The notes beneath the pieces were generated by a model. The model was not told the origin of the DNA. It saw only the letters and a program-made list of their open reading frames with translations, and did no database searches. From contig MPOA01000001.1 of assembly GCA_001899445.1 (NCBI GenBank), positions 148,564 to 212,563 on the forward strand: DNA of 64,000 nt, given 5' to 3'. This DNA comes from Candidatus Desulfopertinax cowenii. GTDB lineage: Bacteria > Bacillota > Desulfotomaculia > Desulfotomaculales > Desulforudaceae. Shown here piece after piece: positions 37,237 to 47,065 of the stretch (position 1 is the first letter of the stretch; every line of letters begins with the position of its first letter). A program made the translations under genes and the position numbers.

Positions 37237-39144
37237 TTAAAGACCTTCTACCCGGAAAGCTACGGCCGTGAGCTTTTGCAGCCGCGAAACGGCCAGCAAA
37301 GCGTCCTTGAGAACAGCCAGTTCCCGCCTAGTCAGTTCCCGCGGATTGAGGTAATCGCAGGGCTTTTTGCCCTCGGCGATCCGCCGCAGATTCTCCCGCA
37401 AACGCAGCATCAGGATACTGTCGTACGCCACCGCGAAGGCTTCCGCGTCGTCCTTCGGTAGCACTTCCTTGTCAACCAGCTGGCGCAGCCGACCCGGGGT
37501 GGAGGTTTCCAGGAGCTCTTCCCGCAGGGCAAACAGCCGAACTGAATCCACGATGTGAATCAACGCGGCCCGCTTAAGGTCGAGCTCATCTTTGTGGGGC
37601 CCCGACCTCTCGGTCACCACCTGGCGGAAGGGGTTCAGGGGTACCCTCCTGGACAGGGTGTCCCGGGTCATAAAGTGCAGCACGGCGGGAGCCTGTTTCA
37701 GGCGCTGGTAAAAATAGCGCCGCAGGGAACGGGCCATCGCAAACTGACCGTACACCGGCCGGAAATCCAGGAAAATATTCATCAACCGCAGCACCTGCGG
37801 GTTTAAGTCCAGGGTCCACCTCGTAAGAGCAAGGAACCATTCCCGCATCGGTTTACACCACTCCGGGGAACTAGCCACCACCTGGTCCCGGCAGAGTTCA
37901 AACCCGCACTGCTCCAGTCCGGAAACCACCCGGCGCCCTAAATCCAAGAAAAAGGCAGCCGTTTTCTCCTCCTCCCCGGGTTGGGGGTCGTCATAGATCA
38001 GGGCACTGTCCTGATCGGTCCGTAGAATCTGCTCCCGCCGGCCGCCGCTGCCCATGGTCAACCAGCAGTAACTGGTGGGTGGGCGGCCCTTTCCTTCCAG
38101 CAACATCTCTTCTTCCGCCAGCCGGATCAGCCGGCGGGTAATGCAGTCGTAAAACTCGGTGACCAGCGTGCAGATCTCCTCGGCCGAGGCGTCCCCGAAC
38201 ACCAACTCGGTAATAATCCGGTCGATGTCGGTCATATGAGCCGCAATGGCCTTTACATTCGGCGCCCGGTTCACGGTGTCAACGATCCGCAGCACGTCCA
38301 GGTGTTGGGCGCGGACCAGGTCGCCCATGGTGACCATGCCCAGAAGCAGCCCCTGACTCTCGACCAACACGTGCCGCACCTGGTTGCGGACCATGCCCAG
38401 CAGCGCTTCGTAAACGTGCGCCTCCGGAGGCAGCGTCACCAGCTTCTCGGTCATTAACGCCGCTGCGGTCTGGCTTAACCGGTTTTTGAAATCACTGGCA
38501 CCCAGAACCCGGCGTACTAAGTCTTTGGCTGTAAGTATCCCCCGGGGGGTGCCGCTCCGGTCCAGGATCACCACCGAGCTGATGTCTTGCTGCTCGGCAA
38601 ACAATTGGGCGACCTCGGTGATCCGATTATCCTTCAGACAGGTCACCACCGGGGAAGACATTATCTCGTAGAGACGCCTCCGGTAGTGTCGGGGTTCCCA
38701 TGGCACCAGGCAGCTTTGCTCCCGCGCCACTTCCTGGTACACGTACCGCATCCGTTCCGCCAGCGCATGGCTGAAAAAGCCAATAAAATCGGGGTCGGAC
38801 TTCAATTCCTCGAAGCACACTTCCGGAATCAGGAGACAATGCGTGTCTTCCACCGTCTTCGAAGTGGTCGGGTAGGAGTCGGTAAATAGTAGGCATTCCC
38901 CAAAGAAATCACCGGCCTTTAGAAGGCCCACCGTCCGCTCCTCGCCGTCTTCACCCACCAGCAAAATTTCCACCAGCCCCGAAAGCACAAAGAACAGGTA
39001 TTCCAAGTGGGGCTCACCCTGCCGGAAGATATAGGTACCCTTCGGGTAAGTCCTGGTCGACAGGTGGGGCACGCATTCCCGTAATTGCTCGCCCCTCAGA
39101 TTTGAAAAGGGGGGCGTATGCTTTAGCAGTTCATAAAAATCCAT
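37237..39144 (-). CDS. Signal-transduction protein with cNMP-binding, tandem CBS and DUF294 nucleotidyltransferase domains
   Basis: The domain order, read from the sequence, is an N-terminal cNMP-binding fold (FFGE...), two CBS repeats, then the DUF294 and DUF294_C regions (GSGGRREQ..TDQD). Confidence 0.8.
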   Translation of the reverse strand: MDFYELLKHTPPFSNLRGEQLRECVPHLSTRTYPKGTYIFRQGEPHLEYLFFVLSGLVEILLVGEDGEERTVGLLKAGDFFGECLLFTDSYPTTSKTVEDTHCLLIPEVCFEELKSDPDFIGFFSHALAERMRYVYQEVAREQSCLVPWEPRHYRRRLYEIMSSPVVTCLKDNRITEVAQLFAEQQDISSVVILDRSGTPRGILTAKDLVRRVLGASDFKNRLSQTAAALMTEKLVTLPPEAHVYEALLGMVRNQVRHVLVESQGLLLGMVTMGDLVRAQHLDVLRIVDTVNRAPNVKAIAAHMTDIDRIITELVFGDASAEEICTLVTEFYDCITRRLIRLAEEEMLLEGKGRPPTSYCWLTMGSGGRREQILRTDQDSALIYDDPQPGEEEKTAAFFLDLGRRVVSGLEQCGFELCRDQVVASSPEWCKPMREWFLALTRWTLDLNPQVLRLMNIFLDFRPVYGQFAMARSLRRYFYQRLKQAPAVLHFMTRDTLSRRVPLNPFRQVVTERSGPHKDELDLKRAALIHIVDSVRLFALREELLETSTPGRLRQLVDKEVLPKDDAEAFAVAYDSILMLRLRENLRRIAEGKKPCDYLNPRELTRRELAVLKDALLAVSRLQKLTAVAFRVEGL

Positions 39145-39346
39145 TTATGTAAAATCAAAATCCCTCCAGCCAAACGTTAGAAAAAAAACCATAGCGGCAA
39201 CCTGTCCTGACCCGTACAGAACATTCGCTCGTCCATGGTTTGCATGCCGACCTGCAGATCGCCGGACTCTTGGGGAAAACCCCGCCGGCAACTTCTTTGT
39301 CTACCCGGCGCCAACCTGATCCCGGGATTCAGCCCGGATTGCGGTC

Positions 39347-41338
39347 TTAGGATTCTTCTCCCTCGTACCGCTCCTTCAGTTCCTGGATGACTGCCGGATC
39401 GGCCAGGGTGGTAGTATCGCCCAACGCCCGACCTTCGGCAATGTCCCGCAACAGGCGGCGCATGATCTTGCCGCTTCTCGTCTTGGGCAGTTCCGTGGTG
39501 AAGAACACGTCGTCCGGCCTGGCGATCGCCCCGATTTTCTTAACCACGTGGGCCTTCAGTTCGGACGTGAACTCCGCCCGGGACTTAGAGCCGGCCTCCA
39601 GCTCCTTGAAGTACTTGCCCTTCAGGGTAACAAACACCGAGATAGCCTGACCCTTGATGTCGTGGGACTTGCCAATCGCCGCCGCTTCGGCCACCCACGG
39701 ATGGTCCACCAGCGCGCTCTCGACCTCCATGGTGCTCAACCGGTGGCCGGCCACGTTGATCACATCGTCCACCCGGCCCAGGATCCAGAAGTAGTTATGG
39801 TAGTCCCGGCGGGCGCCGTCCCCGGAGAAGTAAAGGGTCTGGCCGGGAATCTTGCTCCAGTACTCGCGGACGTAACGCTCGTCATCCCCGTAAACGGTCC
39901 GCAGCATGGCCGGCCAGGGCTCCCGGATCACCAGGAAGCCGCCCTTGCCCAGCATCACGGAGTTGCCTTCCTTGTCCACCACGTCAATTTCCACCCCAGG
40001 AATAGGCACCGAAGCCGAACCCGGCTTTTGGGAAATTATTCCGGGCAGGGCGCTGATCATGATCATCCCAGTCTCGGTTTGCCACCAGGTGTCCACAATC
40101 GGACAGCGTTCCTGCCCGATGTGCTTGTAATACCACATCCAGGCCTCCGGGTTGATCGGCTCCCCGACCGTACCCAAAAGCCGCAGATTGGAGAGGTCGC
40201 GCCGGGCGGGCCACTGTTCACCCCACTTCATGAACGCCCGGATCGCCGTGGGCGCCGTGTAGAATACGTTCACCCCATAGCGCTCGCAGATCGCCCAGAA
40301 ACGGTCCTGTTCGGGAAAATCCGGCGCCCCTTCGTAAATTAGAGTGGTCGCCCCGTTAGCCAGCGGCCCGTAAACCACGTAACTGTGCCCCGTGATCCAG
40401 CCGACGTCGGCCGTGCACCAGTACACGTCACTGTCCTTGATGTCGAACACCATGTGGTGGGTGGTAGACACTCCGGTCAGGTAACCCCCGGTGGTATGGA
40501 CTACGCCCTTGGGCCTGCCGGTCGTGCCGCTGGTGTACAAGATGAACAACATATCCTCGCTGTCCATCTCTTCACACGGTCCGCCCACCGTGACGCCAAC
40601 CACCAGGTCGTGGTACCAGTAGTCGCGGCCCTCTTTCATAGGCACTTCCTGGCGGGTGCGCTCCACGACCAGCACTTTCTCCACGGAAGGGCACTGCTCC
40701 AGGGCCAGGTCGGCGTTCCGCTTGAGGGGTACGATCTTGCCGCGCCGCCAGCCGCCGTCGGCGGTGATCAGGAGTTTCGCCCCCGCGTCGTTGATCCGGT
40801 CACGGAGCGCTTCAGCGCTGAAGCCGCCGAATACCACGCTGTGCGGGGCCCCGATCCGGGCGCAGGCCAGCATGGCAATGGCCGCTTCGGCGATCATAGG
40901 CAAGTAGATCGCCACCCGGTCGCCCTTCTGCACGCCTAGCATCCGCAGCACGTTCGCGAATTGGGTAACTTCGCACCAGAGATCCCAGTAAGTGAGAATC
41001 CGGCTGTCTCCGGGTTCACCCTCGAAAATGATTGCCGCCTTGTTCTTGCGCCAGGTGTTCAGGTGCCGGTCAACACAGTTGTAACAGGCGTTCAGCTTTC
41101 CGTTCACGAACCACTTGGCGAACGGCGGATTCCAGTCCAGCACCTGGTCCCATTTCCGGAACCAGTCCAGACGCTCGGCCTGCCGCGCCCAAAAAATCTC
41201 CCGGTTTGCCCGGGCCTCGGCGTAAATGTCCCGGTTTTTCACGTTTGCCTGCTTGGTAAACTCCTCGTCAGGGTGGAAAATTCGGCTTTCCTCCAGTAAG
41301 GTATTTATAGTCTCTTTCTTGACAGCCATGGAAGCCAT
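39347..41338 (-). CDS. acs: Acetyl-CoA synthetase (AMP-forming)
   Basis: Carries the [14 protein letters not shown]-binding motif, the C-terminal [11 protein letters not shown] motif with the regulatory lysine, and the typical Acs N-terminus, over 663 aa. Confidence 0.95.
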   Translation of the reverse strand: MASMAVKKETINTLLEESRIFHPDEEFTKQANVKNRDIYAEARANREIFWARQAERLDWFRKWDQVLDWNPPFAKWFVNGKLNACYNCVDRHLNTWRKNKAAIIFEGEPGDSRILTYWDLWCEVTQFANVLRMLGVQKGDRVAIYLPMIAEAAIAMLACARIGAPHSVVFGGFSAEALRDRINDAGAKLLITADGGWRRGKIVPLKRNADLALEQCPSVEKVLVVERTRQEVPMKEGRDYWYHDLVVGVTVGGPCEEMDSEDMLFILYTSGTTGRPKGVVHTTGGYLTGVSTTHHMVFDIKDSDVYWCTADVGWITGHSYVVYGPLANGATTLIYEGAPDFPEQDRFWAICERYGVNVFYTAPTAIRAFMKWGEQWPARRDLSNLRLLGTVGEPINPEAWMWYYKHIGQERCPIVDTWWQTETGMIMISALPGIISQKPGSASVPIPGVEIDVVDKEGNSVMLGKGGFLVIREPWPAMLRTVYGDDERYVREYWSKIPGQTLYFSGDGARRDYHNYFWILGRVDDVINVAGHRLSTMEVESALVDHPWVAEAAAIGKSHDIKGQAISVFVTLKGKYFKELEAGSKSRAEFTSELKAHVVKKIGAIARPDDVFFTTELPKTRSGKIMRRLLRDIAEGRALGDTTTLADPAVIQELKERYEGEES

Positions 41339-41651
41339 CCCCCTTTAATGATCTGGTTTGCACAAAAATATAAAGTTACTTTTGGTGAAATTGTAGCGGG
41401 TAAACGGGAACCAAAAAAAGAAAAAGAACGCGAAAAGTCAAATGTTACGGTTCACCGGAGAATAGCGGTGGTCAGCGGCCGCCTCCCGCCCGCCACCGGT
41501 ACATATCCGGGGTGAACGGCTGTTCGCCGGGGTTGAAAGAAATACGGGTCCGGCATCCGACCGGGTAAATCGGCACCAACCGGCAGGAACGGGCCTCCCA
41601 TTGGCGAAATATTTACCGTATGCGGCCGTCAGTAATTGCTTTATTAGTTTT

Positions 41652-41854
41652 TGCTGAAAAAGTCTACTTGCGCGCTGTCTGTTGTGCTGAGGCATTATCT
41701 CCGGCTACTCGAGTCCGCGCTAAGGAATGAACTCGCTCGCCTCGGGCGGCGTTATCGGTCGCCGCTTTTCCTCGGCTTCGCTTGTTCGTTCTTTGAATAA
41801 GCTCCCAATGTGACCTCCGATAATCCTCAGCACAGCAGACTGAGTTTTTCAGCA
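41652..41854. repeat. Long imperfect inverted repeat (arms 41652-41699 and 41819-41854) enclosing about 120 nt; unknown element or structured RNA
   Basis: TGCTGAAAAA...GTCTGTTGTGCTGAGGCATTATC on the left matches GATAATCCTCAGCACAGCAGAC...TTTTTCAGCA on the right. The left arm carries an insertion of about 12 nt. Confidence 0.6.
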
Positions 41855-41862
41855 GACCTCCA

Positions 41863-41880
41863 TGCCGCTCATGAGCGGCA
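41863..41880. repeat. Perfect 18-bp palindrome TGCCGCTCATGAGCGGCA
   Basis: Read directly from the sequence. It lies immediately 3' of the long inverted repeat. Confidence 0.9.
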
Positions 41881-42256
41881 CCACGAAGGATGAAAAGTGA
41901 TCTACTTCCGGGACGTGTTCCCGCCCCGGGTGGTGCCCCCGGCCGCGGCTATTGCGCAGCGCCGGTAACGGCCAGCCGGCGCAAGTGAGGTTGGCGCTGC
42001 CGCCGACGAGGACGCGGCTGGACCGGTCAAAAAGCGCTGGCGGAGATCGATCCGGGAAGGCATCTAGAACCGTGCCTTCCAAAGGGCGACGGCCGCAATC
42101 CGCAGGAGGCGCAGCAGCGCCCCGAACGAGCCGTGCTGCCGTCGGCGCGGAGCACCGGCCGCGCAGGGGACACCACCCGAGGGGGGACATTATCGAGAAA
42201 GTCTATTTTCAGGGCAGAATCTAACCAGTTTACCAGGTAACGGAGTTGAGGAATTA

Positions 42257-43552
42257 ATGATCTGGGACAGAACGGAGACCTTGCCGCGGGAAGATATGGA
42301 GCTTTTACAACTCGAACGACTGAAGGCGGTCGTACGCCGCGTTTACCAAAAGGTTCCCTTCTACCATGAACGCTTTCAGGAGCGGAGGTTGAAGCCGGCG
42401 GACATCCGGAGCCTTTCTGATCTGCAGAAGCTACCGTTCACCGTGAAGGACGACCTGCGGGAGAACTACCCGTACGGGTTCTTCGCGGTGCCGTTGGAGA
42501 AACTGGTGCGGATGCATGCCTCCTCGGGCACCACCGGACGGCCGACGGTGGTCGGCTACACGAAAAAGGACTTGCGCACCTGGTCGGAACTGGTCGCCCG
42601 GGTGGTGGTCCAGGCCGGGGTCAAACCCCGGGACGTGGTCCAGATCTGCTTTAGCTACGGCCTGTTCACTGGTGGCTTCGGTCTGCACTACGGATTGGAG
42701 CGGGTCGGCGCCACGGTGATTCCGGCCTCGGCCGGGAATACTCAGCGGCAGATCAGGCTGATGCAGGACTTCAACACCACGGTGCTGGTCAGCACCCCCA
42801 CCTACGCCCTCTATATCGCCGAGATCGCCCGGGAAATGGGTGTCGACCCCGCCGGGTTGGGTCTGCGGTTGGGCCTTTTCGGTTCCGAACCCTGGTCGGA
42901 AGGCATCCGCCAGGAGCTGGAGGCCGCCTGGGGGTTCAAAGCCACCGACAACTACGGCATGAGTGAATTGATCGGTCCCGGCGTCTCCGGAGAATGCCAC
43001 ATGCAGAACGGATTGCACATCTCGGAGGACCATTTCCTGCCGGAGATTATCGACCCCGAAACCGGGGAACAACTCCCGCCCGGTGAAAGAGGAGAGCTGG
43101 TGATCACCACCCTGACCAAGGAAGGACTGCCGCTCATCCGGTACCGCACCCGGGACGTAACCTCTCTGGATTACACCCCGTGCCCCTGTGGGCGGACCAC
43201 CGTGCGGATGCGGCGGGTCTCGGGACGCACCGACGACATGTTGATCATCCGCGGGGTAAACGTTTTCCCGTCGCAGGTAGAAGAAGTGCTCATGGACATC
43301 GCGGGTGTCGGTCCCCACTACCAGATCATTGTCGACCGGCAGGGATACCTGGATGAGTTTGAGGTACAGGTGGAGCTGGCCGCCGATTACTTTACCGGGA
43401 AGTTCCGGGACCTGGAAACCCTTGAAAAAACCATTCAGGAACGGCTACAGAACGTTCTGCAGATCACCCCGAAGGTAAAACTGGTGGAATACCGGTCCCT
43501 GGAACGAACCACCGGCAAAGCTAAACGCGTAATAGACAAACGAACACTATAG
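42257..43552 (+). CDS. paaK: Phenylacetate-CoA ligase family protein (PaaK-like), copy 1
   Basis: Has the N-terminal LQLERLK..V.RVY..VPFY motif, the SSGTTG.PTVV AMP-binding motif and the C-terminal GKAKRV.DKR. Confidence 0.88.
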   Translation: MIWDRTETLPREDMELLQLERLKAVVRRVYQKVPFYHERFQERRLKPADIRSLSDLQKLPFTVKDDLRENYPYGFFAVPLEKLVRMHASSGTTGRPTVVGYTKKDLRTWSELVARVVVQAGVKPRDVVQICFSYGLFTGGFGLHYGLERVGATVIPASAGNTQRQIRLMQDFNTTVLVSTPTYALYIAEIAREMGVDPAGLGLRLGLFGSEPWSEGIRQELEAAWGFKATDNYGMSELIGPGVSGECHMQNGLHISEDHFLPEIIDPETGEQLPPGERGELVITTLTKEGLPLIRYRTRDVTSLDYTPCPCGRTTVRMRRVSGRTDDMLIIRGVNVFPSQVEEVLMDIAGVGPHYQIIVDRQGYLDEFEVQVELAADYFTGKFRDLETLEKTIQERLQNVLQITPKVKLVEYRSLERTTGKAKRVIDKRTL

Positions 43553-43597
43553 CTGTTCATAAGCTCGTTCGCGAGACTAAGGAGGATGTGGAACACA

Positions 43598-44920
43598 ATG
43601 TACTGGAACCAGGAAATGGAGTGTATGCCCCCCGAACAGCGGCGGAAACTGCAGTTGGAACGCCTGCAGAAACTGGTCCGGCGGGTTTACGAAAACGTAC
43701 CGCACTACCAGCGGGTGTTCCGGAAGGCCGGCATCCGTCCGGACGACGTCCAGTCCCTGGACGACCTGGCAAACCTGCCGTTCACCACCAAGGACGATCT
43801 GCGCCGGACATACCCGTTCGGTCTGTTCGCCACGCCGCTCAAAAACACGGTTCGGGTGCATGCCTCGTCCGGCACTACCGGCAAGCCCACCGTGGTGGGC
43901 TATACCCGCCAGGACGTAGACACCTGGTCCGAGGTGATGGCCCGGACCCTGAGCTGCGCCGGCGTAAAGCAGGACGACATCATCCAGATCGCCTACGGTT
44001 ACGGTCTGTTCACCGGGGGTCTGGGAGTGCACTACGGCGCCGAAAAAATCGGGTGCACGGTGGTGCCGGTCTCGGTCGGCAACACCAAGCGCCAGATCAT
44101 GCTCATGCAGGACTTCGGCACAACCGTGCTGGCCTGCACCCCGTCCTACGCGCTACATCTGGCCGAGGTACTCGAGGACCTGAACATCGACCGCTCCCGC
44201 ATCCGCCTGCGGGTCGGCGTTTTCGGGGCCGAGCCCTGGACCCGGCAGTTGGGACGTGAAATTGAGAACAAACTGAACATCGTCGCCATCGACATCTTCG
44301 GCCTTAGCGAAATCATCGGTCCGGGAGTCGCCAGCGAGTGTCTCTATAACACCGGTCTACACATCTTTGACGACCACTTCCTCCCCGAGATCATCGATCC
44401 GCAAACCGGAAAACAACTGCCGCCCGGCCAGGAGGGGGAATTGGTGATCACCACCCTGACCAAGGAGGCCTTTCCCCTGATCCGCTACCGCACCCGGGAC
44501 ATTACGGCGCTCCACGAAGAGTCCTGTCCCTGTGGCCGGACCCACGTCCGGATGTCCAAAATCATGGGGCGTACCGACGACATGCTCATCATCCGCGGCG
44601 TCAACGTCTTTCCATCGCAGGTGGAAAGCGTGCTCCTGGAAATCGGACACGCCGAGCCGCACTACCTGCTGGTGGTCGACCGCCGGGGCCCGCTGGACCA
44701 ACTGGAGGTCTGGGTCGAGGTTTCGGAAAAAGTCTTTGCCGACGAAGTGCGGCGCCTGGAGACCCTGGAAAAAACCATCCAACGGGAAATTGAAGGCACC
44801 CTGGGCATCAGCGTTAAGGTCAAGCTGGTGGAACCCAAAACTATCGAACGCAGTCAGGGCAAGGCCAAGCGCGTAATCGACAAGCGGGATCTACATAATT
44901 TACATAATAAAACAAAGTAA
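43598..44920 (+). CDS. paaK: Phenylacetate-CoA ligase family protein (PaaK-like), copy 2
   Basis: Shows the same motifs as copy 1. The start is set at the second ATG (MYWNQEME...), which matches the copy 1 N-terminus. Confidence 0.88.
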   Translation: MYWNQEMECMPPEQRRKLQLERLQKLVRRVYENVPHYQRVFRKAGIRPDDVQSLDDLANLPFTTKDDLRRTYPFGLFATPLKNTVRVHASSGTTGKPTVVGYTRQDVDTWSEVMARTLSCAGVKQDDIIQIAYGYGLFTGGLGVHYGAEKIGCTVVPVSVGNTKRQIMLMQDFGTTVLACTPSYALHLAEVLEDLNIDRSRIRLRVGVFGAEPWTRQLGREIENKLNIVAIDIFGLSEIIGPGVASECLYNTGLHIFDDHFLPEIIDPQTGKQLPPGQEGELVITTLTKEAFPLIRYRTRDITALHEESCPCGRTHVRMSKIMGRTDDMLIIRGVNVFPSQVESVLLEIGHAEPHYLLVVDRRGPLDQLEVWVEVSEKVFADEVRRLETLEKTIQREIEGTLGISVKVKLVEPKTIERSQGKAKRVIDKRDLHNLHNKTK

Positions 44921-44940
44921 GGCCGAAGGAGGAATATGAA

Positions 44941-45372
44941 ATGTGGGTAAAACAGATTTCCATCTTTCTGGAAAACAAATCAGGCCGGCTGGCCGCCGTA
45001 ACCAGACTCTTGGCCGACCACGGGTTTAACATCCGGGCGCTTTCGATCGCCGACACGTCCGACTTCGGCATCCTGAGACTCATCGTCAACGACCCCGCCC
45101 GGGCCTACCAGGTGCTCAAGGACGCCGGGTTCACGGTCAGCGAAACGGAGGTCCTGGCCGTCGAGATGCCCGACCGGCCGGGAGGTCTGGCGGGGGTGCT
45201 GGATCTGCTCAACGAGGCGGGGATCAACATCGAGTACCTTTACGCCTTTGTGTCCAAATCGGCCGAAAACGCCCTGGTGCTCTTAAAGGTCGAAAACCTG
45301 GAAAAGGCAGCCGGGGTGCTCACCGCCAACGGCGTCACCATCCAGGGTCACAACATAGTCCACCAGATCTAG
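44941..45372 (+). CDS. ACT-domain protein
   Basis: Has two ACT-like beta-alpha-beta-beta-alpha-beta units (QISIFLENKSGRLA..., VEMPDRPGGLAGVL...). It occupies the usual position as the partner of paaK-like genes in anaerobes. Confidence 0.8.
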   Translation: MWVKQISIFLENKSGRLAAVTRLLADHGFNIRALSIADTSDFGILRLIVNDPARAYQVLKDAGFTVSETEVLAVEMPDRPGGLAGVLDLLNEAGINIEYLYAFVSKSAENALVLLKVENLEKAAGVLTANGVTIQGHNIVHQI

Positions 45373-45416
45373 TACCGACAGAGCCGCCGCCCGGTTCCGG
45401 GGCCCCCAGCATCATC

Positions 45417-45455
45417 CCTGCGCCGGCGATCTCCGCCGGCGCAGGTGGATTTTAT
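45417..45455 (+). terminator. Rho-independent terminator after the paaK-paaK-ACT unit
   Basis: A perfect 12-bp stem, CCTGCGCCGGCG / CGCCGGCGCAGG, with loop ATCTC, followed by TGGATTTTAT. Confidence 0.7.
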
Positions 45456-45461
45456 GGGGAG

Positions 45462-46712
45462 TTAATCATACAAATGCTGGCGCGTCAGGGGCAGGTCGTT
45501 GTTCAGCCCCTTGGAAAAGAGAATCTGGTGGATGTCGAGGCCGCTGACCCTAAACGAGGCGGCGCAGGAATGGAGATAAAGCCTCCACATCCGGGCGAAC
45601 CGCTCGCCGAACTGTTCCACCACCCGCGTGTAATTCCGGTCGTAGTTTTCAGCCCACCGTTCCAGGGTCATGGCGTAGTGCAAGCGCAGGCTTTCCACGT
45701 CCAGCACGTGAAAATCGTACTCGGGCAACAGCCAAATCGTTTCCCGGAGCGAGGGAATATAACCCCCGGGGAAAATGTACTTTTCGATCCACGGGTTTAC
45801 CGGGTCCTCGGTCATATGGGTGATGGTGTGCAGCAAGGAGAGGCCGCCGGGCTTCAGCATCTTCGCCACCGCCGCCATGTACACCGGGAGATTGGCCCGC
45901 CCCACGTGTTCAAACATCCCGACGCTGACCACCCGGTCAAAGGTGCGCCCACTGTCAGCCAGGGTACGGTAATCCATCAATTCGGCCTCGACCTGGCCGG
46001 TCAGGCCCAGGTCAGCGATGCGCTTCCTGGTTTCGGCCACCTGTTGCTCGCTGAGGGTGATCCCCAACGCCCGCACTCCATGCTGCTGGGCCGCCCGGAC
46101 GATCAGCCAGCCCCAACCGCTTCCGATGTCCAGCAGCGTGTGGCCGGGTTTAAGCTGCAGTTTCCTCAACGTATGGTCGACTTTCTGTAACTGGGCCTGG
46201 TGGAGGCTGTCGTTAGGTGATTTGAAATAGGCACATGAGTAACTCATGGTTTCGTCAAGCCAGAGGCTGTAAAACTCGTTGCCGATATCGTAGTGGTACT
46301 GCACGTCCTTCTTTTGCCGCGCCGGGGAATTGCGCCAGGGCAGCATCTGCGCCGCTTTCAGGGCAAACAGCGCCTTCCTGGACTCGCCCAGGGCATTGCG
46401 GTATTCGATCGCCGTCCGCACCAGTTCCCTGAGGTCACCCTCCACCTCGACCCGGCCTTCCATGTAGGCCTCGCCAAATCCTAGTTCCGGTTCCTTCAAT
46501 ACCCGCGGCAATACGGCCGGATCCCGGAGAATAAGCTTGAACCTGGGTGTTCCCCGCCCAAACCGGTCCGTTGTGCCGTCCCAGTACTGCACCGAAAAGC
46601 CCTTCCCCTGAACGCGCTCGAACAGTTTTCGAACCAGAGTCTTCTGCAAAATTGTCACCCCCCTGGATAAACGGGGCCGGGCCCAAAAGCCCCGGGATAT
46701 GATAACCCGCAA
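45462..46712 (-). CDS. cfa: Cyclopropane-fatty-acyl-phospholipid synthase family methyltransferase
   Basis: Has the SAM-binding motif LLDIGSGWG and the Cfa family C-terminal region. The true start is probably downstream of 46712, because a 10-bp-stem hairpin (46702-46730) overlaps the listed start. Confidence 0.85.
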   Translation of the reverse strand: MRVIISRGFWARPRLSRGVTILQKTLVRKLFERVQGKGFSVQYWDGTTDRFGRGTPRFKLILRDPAVLPRVLKEPELGFGEAYMEGRVEVEGDLRELVRTAIEYRNALGESRKALFALKAAQMLPWRNSPARQKKDVQYHYDIGNEFYSLWLDETMSYSCAYFKSPNDSLHQAQLQKVDHTLRKLQLKPGHTLLDIGSGWGWLIVRAAQQHGVRALGITLSEQQVAETRKRIADLGLTGQVEAELMDYRTLADSGRTFDRVVSVGMFEHVGRANLPVYMAAVAKMLKPGGLSLLHTITHMTEDPVNPWIEKYIFPGGYIPSLRETIWLLPEYDFHVLDVESLRLHYAMTLERWAENYDRNYTRVVEQFGERFARMWRLYLHSCAASFRVSGLDIHQILFSKGLNNDLPLTRQHLYD

Positions 46713-47002
46713 GATAATACTTGCGGGTTAGTGACAAAACTAGCCGCTGGTTCGTTGGCGCAGTCCGGCAGTTTATCCTGGCGGGTTTAGAACTGGCAGT
46801 GTACTTGGTCTTTCCAGCCCCGATTGCGAATAATTGTACCGCCAACAGGCCTGTTTGTCAAGCAATAGCCCTAATTCGTAGTTGTCAAAGACAACTAGGG
46901 CTCTCAAGCCAGCCATCCGAATTTGAGTAGGGTTTGCGTAAACCGCCATCCGGGGATTATACGTACGGCAGTACCGGGGCCGAGCGGCGGCTCTGCCGGC
47001 AT

Positions 47003-47034
47003 GAAAAACCGGGAGGCGGTGATCCGCCTCCCGG
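47003..47034 (-). terminator. Rho-independent terminator ending the [NiFe]-hydrogenase operon
   Basis: On the minus strand, a perfect 11-bp stem (CCGGGAGGCGG-atca-CCGCCTCCCGG) is followed by TTTTTCAT. Confidence 0.9.
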
Positions 47035-47065
47035 TCGGTGGTTTTTGACCCGAACCGCGGACCGT

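Noticed and set aside
41576-41595. A B12-box-like string on the minus strand (GGCCCGUUCCUGCCGG, compared with GCCCGAAGACCUGCCGG of btuB).
   Set aside because: It would lie at the 5' end rather than the 3' end of any aptamer in that orientation. The other cobalamin-riboswitch core elements (AAUAGGGAA, GCCACUG) are missing. acs has no known link to B12.
42128-42161. A 34-nt segment, GAGCCGTGCTGCCGTCGGCGCGGAGCACCGGCCG, that superficially resembles group II intron domain V (an AGC triad and a bulged helix).
   Set aside because: The upper helix and GNRA-type loop do not form. The A2 and G3 pairs are wrong, the bulge is 1 nt and misplaced, and there is no reverse-transcriptase/maturase ORF or other intron domains nearby.
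41440-42200. I looked for a tRNA-Sec (selC) or other tRNA hidden in the GC-rich island, given selD and the UGA-containing hydrogenase.
   Set aside because: There is no GGTTCGA-type T-loop. The only UUCAAA string (minus strand near 41795) has no flanking anticodon stem, and no acceptor-stem pairing is visible.
41438-42224. ORFs 41438..41695(-), 41849..42190(-) and 41952..42224(+) listed in the six-frame track.
   Set aside because: They have low-complexity Arg/Pro/Gly/Ala-rich translations, no RBS and no recognisable domains. They are typical open frames of GC-rich non-coding DNA.
42195-42242. Strings resembling RNase P RNA conserved regions: GAGAAAGUC...AGGGCAG...CCAGGUAACG, compared with GAGGAAAGUCC...AGGGCAG...CCAGGUAACG of type A RNase P.
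   Set aside because: The match is short and lacks the CCGGGC part of P4. Any continuation would run straight into the paaK coding sequence (start at 42257), whose protein product is clearly PaaK from its first residues. There is no room for a 350-400 nt RNase P RNA.
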